NCBI GenBank assembly: GCA_023205875.1
Contig: CP060769.1
Span: 124,001-188,000 of the forward strand
Direction: 5' to 3'
DNA length: 64,000 nucleotides
Source: Chloropicon primus
Taxonomy: Eukaryota
Position numbers and translations under genes: made by a program
The notes under the pieces: generated by a model
Told to the model about the DNA's origin: nothing
The model's input: only the letters and a program-made list of their open reading frames with translations
Database searches by the model: none
Shown: piece after piece, positions 10,465-19,600 of the stretch
Numbering within the stretch: the first letter of the stretch is position 1
Layout: every line of letters starts with the position of its first letter

Positions 10465-12030
10465 TTAAAACATCTTGTTCAGGATCGGCAGCTTGCGGGC
10501 GAAGAAGCCGAGCGGCCAAACGATGAGTTGAGTCAGGACGAAGACCAGTGCCCAGCCGCCCCAGATCCAGCCGTTAGAGAGGGCGGTGGGCTTGCCATCG
10601 GGACCGACCGCGAAGAACAGCATGCCCTCAAACACGATCGGCACGCCCGCGGCCTTGAGGATCTCGACGAAAATGATGCCCGAGATGCCCAAAGCCAGGC
10701 CCTGGATGACGTACACGATGTACGCCGAGGCACCGGCGTTGCGCATGAACTGGCTCTGTGGAGTTGCGTTGAAGTACTGGTGGAACAGCTGCATGATCGC
10801 AAGCGTCATGGCCACGGCATAAGGGGGATTCGGCAAGGTTCCCCCGAGAATTGGGTCCATATGCACGGACGGGATTGGAATGGTGTACTGCGCGATCAGA
10901 AGGTAGTACACCACCCAGAATCCCACGACAATGACACGCAACGTCCAGACCACCCAGGTCTTCATCTCCTCCACGCTCTTCAACCAGTCGTTGCGGCCAC
11001 CGAGCACTCCCGCCGCGAAGAAGGGAATGTACATCGAGGCGCCGTACGTCCACATGTTCATGCCTCCCAAGTAATCCCACGGTCCGATGGCCTTTTTGAT
11101 GGCGTAAAAGACTCCGCCAAGACCCATGCCGATCACCAGCAAGACGAACGGGTGGGGCATCCCGACCTTCACCTTGGGCGTGAACTGGGCGACGACGGCG
11201 TACGCGATGCTGAAGTTCAGCAGCCACAGGAGGAACCAGCAAACCCCTGGGCTCCATTCGTAGGTCAGAGGCGCGCCCGCGTAAGCTTGCTCGAACAACG
11301 TAACAAGTGGGCGAAATGCGGAAGACCAAAGCACCAGAGGTCCTCCGAGTCGAACGATCTTGTCCGCGACAAAGGCCCTGAACCCCTTGCGGTCCAAGCT
11401 CTTTGGGCAAAAGTATCCGGATATGAGGAAGAAGGCGGCCATGAAGTAACCTTGGTTGATCGTAAGGAACCACGATGCACCCGTGTAAAACGTCCTGGGC
11501 TTGACTGTCCCGTCATAAAGCCCAGTTGGATCCCCGTTCGCTGGGTCGTTGGGGTTCATAATCATCGTCTGAATATTCGCAAAGCAGGCCATGAACAAAC
11601 AGACGGTGTGGTGCGTAACGACGATGAAGGTGAGGAACGTCTTCAAGTTCGTCAAGTATGTCACCTGACGCTTGATGGCGGGCTTGGGGTCGACGACGAC
11701 TGCGACTGGAGCGGGGGAGGCGTCATCCTCGCCCCCCTCCTTGCAACCTTCATCACCACAAGTCTGCTTCTCGTCACCCTCATCGACGACGGTCTCCTTC
11801 TCACCGGCGGGTGACCCGGCATCCTTGCTCCGGCCATGGAAGAGGCTCGCTATGGCGGTCCAGTGGACGCAGCACAGGCCAAGCAAGCCAAACAAAATGC
11901 AGTTGAAGGCAACAATGTACCCGGATGCTATGTCTGGCGCGGTTGCAGCTGCAGGGGCGTGAGCAATTTCGACAAACAGATAGGCCGCCACGCCAAAGTA
12001 CAAGATCGAAACCAGCGTAGTGAGCCACAT
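10465..12030 (-). CDS. Acyltransferase family 3 membrane protein, copy 3
   Basis: 521-aa uninterrupted ORF with the same AT3 motifs. Confidence 0.9.
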   Translation of the reverse strand: MWLTTLVSILYFGVAAYLFVEIAHAPAAATAPDIASGYIVAFNCILFGLLGLCCVHWTAIASLFHGRSKDAGSPAGEKETVVDEGDEKQTCGDEGCKEGGEDDASPAPVAVVVDPKPAIKRQVTYLTNLKTFLTFIVVTHHTVCLFMACFANIQTMIMNPNDPANGDPTGLYDGTVKPRTFYTGASWFLTINQGYFMAAFFLISGYFCPKSLDRKGFRAFVADKIVRLGGPLVLWSSAFRPLVTLFEQAYAGAPLTYEWSPGVCWFLLWLLNFSIAYAVVAQFTPKVKVGMPHPFVLLVIGMGLGGVFYAIKKAIGPWDYLGGMNMWTYGASMYIPFFAAGVLGGRNDWLKSVEEMKTWVVWTLRVIVVGFWVVYYLLIAQYTIPIPSVHMDPILGGTLPNPPYAVAMTLAIMQLFHQYFNATPQSQFMRNAGASAYIVYVIQGLALGISGIIFVEILKAAGVPIVFEGMLFFAVGPDGKPTALSNGWIWGGWALVFVLTQLIVWPLGFFARKLPILNKMF

Positions 12031-12373
12031 GACGACGACGACGACAACTAGAGCAGGCGCCGAGACGATCTCTTCGTTTGTTGCCGTACGGGAGACGTTT
12101 CTCGTTCTCTCCTCTCGCTCCTCCTTTTTGGATCATCTCCAGCTCCCCGCATGGTCGTGATTTCAGGGGGGTCACGGAGGAGGATCTCCTGAAATCACTC
12201 GCCGCTCACTTCACTTTTGAAGGAGAAGGAGGAGGCAGTGACCAAGAGCTTGGGGAGGGACACATGACAAGGGTTGCGGACCATTGTACTGGAACTGATC
12301 ACAACAATACTGGTAATTTTGATCAATATGTATATATACAAGGTCTCTCTCTCTCTCTCTCTCTTGTAACGTT

Positions 12374-13939
12374 TTAAAACATCTTGTTCAGGATCGGCAG
12401 CTTGCGGGCGAAGAAGCCGAGCGGCCAAACGATGAGTTGAGTCAGGACGAAGACCAGTGCCCAGCCGCCCCAGATCCAGCCGTTAGAGAGGGCGGTGGGC
12501 TTGCCATCGGGACCAACCGCGAAGAACAGCGTGCCCTCAAACACGATCGGCACGCCCGCGGCCTTGAGGATCTCGACGAAAATGATGCCCGAGATGCAGA
12601 AAGCCAGGCCCTGGATGACGTACACGATGTACGCCGAGGCACCGGCGTTGCGCATGAACTGGCTCTGTGGAGTTGCGTTGAAGTACTGGTGGAACAGCTG
12701 CATGATCGCAAGCGTCATGGCCACGGCATAAGGGGGATTCGGCAAGGTTCCCCCGAGAATTGGGTCCATATGCACGGACGGGATTGGAATGGTGTACTGC
12801 GCGATCAGAAGGAAGTACACCACCCAGAATCCCACGACAATGACACGCAACGTCCAGACCACCCAGGTCTTCATCTCCTCCACGCTCTTCAACCAGTCGT
12901 TGCGGCCACCGAGCACTCCCGCCGCGAAGAAGGGAATGTACATCGAGGCGCCGTACGTCCACATGGTCATGCCTCCGAAGTAATCCCACGGTCCGATGGC
13001 CTTTTTGATGGCGTAAAAGACTCCGCCAAGACCCATGCCGATCACCAGCAAGACAAACGGGTGAGGCATGCCGACCTTCACCTTGGGCGTGAACTGGGCG
13101 ACGACGGCGTACGCGATGCTGAAGTTCAGCAGCCACAGGAGGAACCAGCAAACGCCTGGATCATATTCGTAGGTCAGAGGCGCGCCCGCGTAAGCTTGCT
13201 CGAACAACGTAACAAGTGGGCGAAATGCGGCAGACCAAAGCACCAGAGGTCCTCCGAGTCGAACGATCTTGTCCGCGACAAAGGCCCTGAACCCCTTGCG
13301 GTCCAAGCTCTTTGGGCAAAAGTATCCGGATATGAGGAAGAAGGCGGCCATGAAGTAACCTTGGTTGATCGTAAGGAACCACATTGCACCCGTGTAAAAC
13401 GTCCTGGGCTTGACTGTCCCGTCATAAAGCCCAGTTGGATCCGCGTTCGCTGGGTCGTTGGGGTTCATAATCATCGTCTGAATATTCCCAAGGCAGCCCG
13501 TGAACAAACAGACGGTGTGGTGCGTAACGACGATGAAGGTGAGGAACGTCTTCAAGTTCGTCAAGTAAGTCACCTGACGCTTGATGGCGGGCTTGGGGTC
13601 GACGACGACTGCGACTGGAGCGGGGGAGGCGTCATCCTCGCCCCCCTCCTTGCAACCTTCATCACCACAAGTCTGCTTCTCGTCACCCTCATCGACGACG
13701 GTCTCCTTCTCACCGGCGGGTGACCCGGCATCCTTGCTCCGGCCATGGAAGAGGCTCGCTATGGCGGGCCAGTGGACGCAGCACAGGCCAAGCAAGCCAA
13801 ACAAAATGCAGTTGCAGGCCTGAAAGTACCCGGATGCTATGTCTGGCGTGGTTGCAGCTGCAGGGGACTGAGCAGTATGGACAAACAGATAGGCCGCCAC
13901 GCCAAAGTACAAGATCGAAATCAGCGTGGTGAGCCACAT
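12374..13939 (-). CDS. Acyltransferase family 3 membrane protein, copy 4
   Basis: 521-aa uninterrupted ORF with the same AT3 motifs. Confidence 0.9.
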   Translation of the reverse strand: MWLTTLISILYFGVAAYLFVHTAQSPAAATTPDIASGYFQACNCILFGLLGLCCVHWPAIASLFHGRSKDAGSPAGEKETVVDEGDEKQTCGDEGCKEGGEDDASPAPVAVVVDPKPAIKRQVTYLTNLKTFLTFIVVTHHTVCLFTGCLGNIQTMIMNPNDPANADPTGLYDGTVKPRTFYTGAMWFLTINQGYFMAAFFLISGYFCPKSLDRKGFRAFVADKIVRLGGPLVLWSAAFRPLVTLFEQAYAGAPLTYEYDPGVCWFLLWLLNFSIAYAVVAQFTPKVKVGMPHPFVLLVIGMGLGGVFYAIKKAIGPWDYFGGMTMWTYGASMYIPFFAAGVLGGRNDWLKSVEEMKTWVVWTLRVIVVGFWVVYFLLIAQYTIPIPSVHMDPILGGTLPNPPYAVAMTLAIMQLFHQYFNATPQSQFMRNAGASAYIVYVIQGLAFCISGIIFVEILKAAGVPIVFEGTLFFAVGPDGKPTALSNGWIWGGWALVFVLTQLIVWPLGFFARKLPILNKMF

Positions 13940-14467
13940 GACGACGACGACGACAACTAGAGCAGGCGCCGAGACGATCTCTTCGTTTGTTGCCGTACGG
14001 GAGACGTTTCGTTCTCTCCTCTCGCCCCTGGCTTTCTCAAACCTAAAATCATCTCTCGCTCCAGATCACGATTTACTTCTCTCAGGAAACAAATGGGGAG
14101 TCGACGCAGGAACATAACGGCCGTGGTCGGTTTCGACGAGGAAACCCGGTTGCGGACCCCTAGCGCCAAGCTCGTCTGTCTCATGCTTTCGAGAGTGTGC
14201 CGTCGCTCCTCCTACTCCCTTTCGAATCATCTCCAGCTCCCCGCATTGGCTCGCGATTTCGGTCACGGAGGAGGATCTCCTGAAATCGCTCCCCCGCTCA
14301 CTTCACTTTTGAAGGAGAAGGAGGAGGCAATGACCAAGAGCTTGGGGAGGGACACATGACAAGGGTTGCGGACCATTGTACTGGAACTGATCACAACAAT
14401 ACTGGTAATTTTGATCAATATGTATATATACAAGGTCTGTCTCTCTCTCTCTCTCTCTTGTAACGTT

Positions 14468-16033
14468 TTAAAACATCTTGTTCAGGATCGGCAGCTTGCG
14501 GGCGAAGAAGCCGAGCGGCCAAACGATGAGTTGAGTCAGGACGAAGACCAGTGCCCAGCCGCCCCAGATCCAGCCGTTAGAGAGGGCGGTGGGCTTGCCA
14601 TCGGGGCCGACCGCGAAGAACAGCATGCCCTCAAACACGATCGGCACGCCCGCGGCCTTGAGGATCTCGACGAAAATGATGCCCGAGATGCCCAAAGCCA
14701 GGCCCTGGATGACGTACACGATGTACGCCGAGGCACCGGCGTTGCGCATGAACTGGCTCTGTGGAGTTGCGTTGAAGTACTGGTGGAACAGCTGCATGAT
14801 CGCAAGCGTCATGGCCACGGCATAAGGGGGATTCGGCAAGGTTCCCCCGAGAATTGGGTCCATATGCACGGACGGGATTGGAATGGTGTACTGCGCGATC
14901 AGAAGGAAGTACACCACCCAGAATCCCACGACGATGACACGCAACGTCCAGACCACCCAGGTCTTCATCTCCTCCACGCTCTTCAACCAGTGATTGCGGC
15001 CACCGAGCGCTCCCGCCGCGAAGAAGGGAATGTACATCGAGGCGCCGTACGTCCACATGTTCATGCCTCCGAAGTAATCCCACGGTCCGATGGCCTTTTT
15101 GATGGCGTAAAAGACTCCGCCAAGACCCATGCCGATCACCAGCAAGACAAACGGGTGAGGCATGCCGACCTTCACCTTGGGCGTGAACTGGGCGACGACG
15201 GCGTACGCGATGCTGAAGTTCAGCAGCCACAGGAGGAACCAGCAAACGCCTGGATCATATTCGTAGGTCAGAGGCGCGCCCGCGTAAGCTTGCTCGAACA
15301 ACGTAACAAGTGGGCGAAATGCGGCAGACCAAAGCACCAGAGGTCCTCCGAGTCGAACGATCTTGTCCGCGACAAAGGCCCTGAACCCCTTGCGGTCCAA
15401 GCTCTTTGGGCAAAAGTATCCGGATATGAGGAAGAAGGCGGCCATGAAGTAACCTTGGTTGATCGTAAGGAACCACGATGCACCCGTGTAAAACGTCCTG
15501 GGCTTGACTGTCCCGTCATAAATCCCAGTGGGATCCCCGTTCGCTGGGTCGTTGGGGTTCATAATCATCGTCTGAATATTCGCAAAGCAGCCCATGAACA
15601 AACAGACGGTGTGGTGCGTAACGACGATGAAGGTGAGGAACGTCTTCAAGTTCGTCAAGTATGTCACCTGACGCTTGATGGCGGGCTTGGGGTCGACGAC
15701 GACTGCGACTGGAGCGGGGGAGGCGTCATCCTCGCCCCCCTCCTTGCAACCTTCATCACCACAAGTCTGCTTCTCGTCACCCTCATCGACGACGGTCTCC
15801 TTCTCACCGGCGGGTGACCCGGCATCCTTGCTCCGGCCATGGAAGAGGCTCGCTATGGCGGGCCAGTGGACGCAGCACAGGCCAAGCAAGCCAAACAAAA
15901 AGCAGTTGCAGGCCTGAAAGTACCCGGATGCTATGTCTGGCGCGGTTGCAGCTGCATGGAAGTGAGCAATTTCGATAAACAGATAGGCCGCCACGCCAAA
16001 GTACAAGATCGAAATCAGCGTGGTGAGCCACAT
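14468..16033 (-). CDS. Acyltransferase family 3 membrane protein, copy 5
   Basis: 521-aa uninterrupted ORF with the same AT3 motifs. Confidence 0.9.
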   Translation of the reverse strand: MWLTTLISILYFGVAAYLFIEIAHFHAAATAPDIASGYFQACNCFLFGLLGLCCVHWPAIASLFHGRSKDAGSPAGEKETVVDEGDEKQTCGDEGCKEGGEDDASPAPVAVVVDPKPAIKRQVTYLTNLKTFLTFIVVTHHTVCLFMGCFANIQTMIMNPNDPANGDPTGIYDGTVKPRTFYTGASWFLTINQGYFMAAFFLISGYFCPKSLDRKGFRAFVADKIVRLGGPLVLWSAAFRPLVTLFEQAYAGAPLTYEYDPGVCWFLLWLLNFSIAYAVVAQFTPKVKVGMPHPFVLLVIGMGLGGVFYAIKKAIGPWDYFGGMNMWTYGASMYIPFFAAGALGGRNHWLKSVEEMKTWVVWTLRVIVVGFWVVYFLLIAQYTIPIPSVHMDPILGGTLPNPPYAVAMTLAIMQLFHQYFNATPQSQFMRNAGASAYIVYVIQGLALGISGIIFVEILKAAGVPIVFEGMLFFAVGPDGKPTALSNGWIWGGWALVFVLTQLIVWPLGFFARKLPILNKMF

Positions 16034-16386
16034 GACGACGACGACGACAACTAGAGCAGGCGCCGAGACGATCTCTTCTTTTGTTGCCGTACGTGAGTCG
16101 GAGTCGTGAGTCGTTCTCTCCTCTCGCCCCTGGCTTTCTCAAACCTAAAATCATCTCCATCAATCTCTCGCTCCAGATCACGATTACTTCTCTCAGGAAA
16201 ACATGGGAGTCGACGCAGGAACATAACGGCCGTGGTCGTTTCGACGAGGAAACCCGGCTGCGGACCCCTAGCGCATCCGCAAAGGTTTTCGGCCGCGCTC
16301 GTCTGTCTCGTGCTTTCGAGAGTGTGTCGTCGCTCCTCCTCCTCCTCCAGGTTGTTCTCCTCCGACGCGCGCAACGTCGGGAGAGG

Positions 16387-16659
16387 ATGTCAAGGAATCG
16401 CCACAGTGGTGGCGGGAAAGCGTGGAGTGGGAGTGGGGGGCTCGTGCCCTTGCTCGCCGTGGTGGTTCTGTGCTCCGTGGCTCCGTTGGCGAGATGCCAG
16501 TTCGACTTCACGATTGTTGGGGCGGGGGTGATGGATTGGTCTTACCTGGACGCGGCGCTGACTCACCCGGGAAACGATATTGCAATCGGTAAGGGTCCAC
16601 CCTCGCCTCGCTTCTCTTATCATCTTCAAAACTGACTGACTGACTGACTGACTGACTGA

Positions 16660-16697
<38 letters not shown>

Positions 16698-19600
16698 CTT
16701 TTCTTTCTGCTCGACAGGAAATACCGGCTTCGCGGAGCTCATGGTGAGGTGCGAGAGGGGCACGACCAATCCGATGCAAGTGCAGCTGCCCTCGGTGGAC
16801 ATTCCGGACGTCTGGTACGACAACCTCGACCACCACTTGGGGACCTGGACCCCGACTTCGAGCGGGCAGAGCTTGTACTGCGAGGCTTGGGAGTGCGACA
16901 ATATCATTGGCTGCGCGAACGGGGAGCTGCACCACGCGGCTCCGAATCCTGGGCTGGGAGATGACTACATGGGCATCGTGAAGGTGGACCCGTACGACTT
17001 TCGCGGAGACCCCGTCAAGATCTACACCACGACCCACAACGGTGCGAACAAGGTGGCGCTGGCCATAAGGTGCGACTACTGCTACACTTGGGCCCAGAGC
17101 CAACTGTTGCCGAACCAGAAGCAGCCGGGGATTGGGGACACGGTGAACGCGCCAAGCTCCGGGGGATCTCAGAAACCGAATCAGCAGTTGCCTCCTCCGT
17201 CGCAGCAGCCTTCGACTCCGCCGCCGCAGAGCAACCCATTCCCATCCACACCCCCCCCTCCTTCACAACCCCCACAATCTGCACCCCCCCAACGCCACCC
17301 CCACCCCCACCAACTCCACCTCCTTCGCCACCCCCACCATCTGCACCACCCCCAACGCCACCCCCACCCCCATCAACTCCACCTCCTCCTTCGCCACCAC
17401 CACCATCTGCACCACCACCAACGCCACCACCACCAACGCCACCACCAACAACAACTCCACCTCCTCCTTCGCCACCACCACCAACGCCACCACCAACGAC
17501 GCCACCACCACCACCAACTCCACCAACTCCACCTTCTTCGTCGCAGCCTTCGTCCGGAAGTGATGCAGGGGCGCTAAGCAATGGCGGAGGGGCCCAAGCC
17601 TCTTCGAGCAAGCCGGTGGTGACGCTGAGAGGAGACAAGACGATGTACGTCAGGCAGGGGGACCCTTTCAACGACCCTGGCGTGACCGCCGCGGACTCTG
17701 CGGATGGTGACGTGACGTCCTCGGTGTACGTTGTGGGCTCTGTGGATCCCAACACGGTTGGCACGTACAGGTTGCGGTACGTGGCCACAAACAGTCAGGG
17801 CGAGAGGGGCTTCAAGATCAGGATCGTGGAGGTCGTGCCAAGCGACTCTCCTTCTCAGTACGACGGCTTGTTCCCCACCAACCCACCACCGGATGTGCCT
17901 CCACAGCAGCCCAACAGCAACAACAATGCCAATCCAAGCACTGGCACTGGCACTGGTGGTCAGGCGAACAACAACAATGGCGGCACTCCGTCCTCTGGTC
18001 CTCAGTCGTCGCCGACCGCGGGGAACAATCCTGCGAGCGGCAACCAGGGAGGAGGATCGCCTTCGAGCACCCCACCGAGTAGTTCTCCACCATCAAACCA
18101 GCAGCCCAACAGCAACAACAATGCCAATCCAAGCACTGGCACTGGCACTGGTGGTCAGGCGAACAACAACAATGGCGGCACTCCGTCCTCTGGTCCCCAG
18201 TCGTCGCCGACCGTGGGGAACACTCAGAACAATGCTGGCCAGGGAGGAGGGGCCCAAGCCTCTTCGAGCGCGCCGGTGGTGACGCTGAGAGGAGACAAGA
18301 CGATGTACGTCAGGCAGGGGGACCCTTTCAACGACCCTGGTGTGACCGCCGCGGACTCTGCGGATGGTGACGTGACGTCCTCGGTGTACGTTGTGGGCTC
18401 TGTGGATCCCAACACGGTTGGCACGTACAGGTTGCGGTACGTGGCCACAGACAGCGAGGGCGAGAGGGGCTTCAAGATCAGGATCGTGGAGGTCTTGCCG
18501 AGAGACGAATCGGGCGCGATCCCACCACCTTCGGGCAGTCCATCGAGCGGTCCTGCAGCACCAAATCAGCAGCAACCCTCAAACGATGACGAAGAAGATG
18601 ATGGCTTGTTCCCCACCAACCCACTGCCTGGTGTGCCTCAGCAGCAGCCCAACAGCAACAACAATGCCAATCCAAGCACTGGCACTGGCACTGGTGGTCA
18701 GGCGAACAACAACAATGGCGGCACTCCGTCCTCTGGTCCTCAGTCGTCGCCGACCGCGGGGAACAATCCTGCGAGCGGCAACCAGGGAGGAGGATCGCCT
18801 TCGAGCACCCCACCGAGTAGTTCTCCACCATCAAACCAGCAGCCCAACAGCAACAACAATGCCAATCCAAGCACTGGCACTGGCACTGGTGGTCAGGCGA
18901 ACAACAACAATGGCGGCACTCCGTCCTCTGGTCCTCAGTCGTCGCCGACCGTGGGGAACACTCAGAACAATGCTGGCCAGGGAGGAGGGGCCCAAGCCTC
19001 TTCGAGCGCGCCGGTGGTGACGCTGAGAGGAGACAAGACGATGTACGTCAGGCAGGGGGACCCTTTCAACGACCCTGGTGTGACCGCCGCGGACTCTGCG
19101 GATGGTGACGTGACGTCCTCGGTGTACGTTGTGGGCTCTGTGGATCCCAACACGGTTGGCACGTACAGGTTGCGGTACGTGGCCACAGACAGCGAGGGCG
19201 AGAGGGGCTTCAAGATCAGGATCGTGGAGGTCTTGCCGAGAGACGAATCGGGCGCGATCCCACCACCTTCGGGCAGTCCATCGAGCGGTCCTGCAGCACC
19301 AAATCAGCAGCAACCCTCAAACGACGACGAAGAAGATGATGGCTTGTTCCCCACCAACCCACTGCCTGGTGTGCCTCAGCAGCAGCCCAACAGCAACAAC
19401 AACAATGCCAATCCAAGCACTGGCACTGGCACTGGTGGTCAGGCGAACAACAACAATGGCGGCACTCCGTCCTCTGGTCCTCAGTCGTCGCCGACCGCGG
19501 GGAACAATCCTGCGAGCGGCAACCAGGGAGGAGGATCGCCTTCGAGCACCCCACCGAGTAGTTCTCCACCATCAAACCAGCAGCCCAACAGCAACAACAA

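Larger units (their letters stand above)
8553..16345. repeat. Tandem gene-duplication array, units of 1904, 1909 and 2094 bp including shared spacers
   Basis: Stop codons lie at 8561, 10465, 12374 and 14468. The spacers at 10127-10464, 12031-12373 and 13940-14467 are homologous to each other and partly to 16034-16345. Confidence 0.92.

Noticed and set aside
6592..15817. Long plus-strand ORFs (397-483 aa) antisense to the AT3 genes
   Set aside because: These are shadow ORFs expected from GC3-rich codon usage. They repeat only because the sense genes are duplicated.
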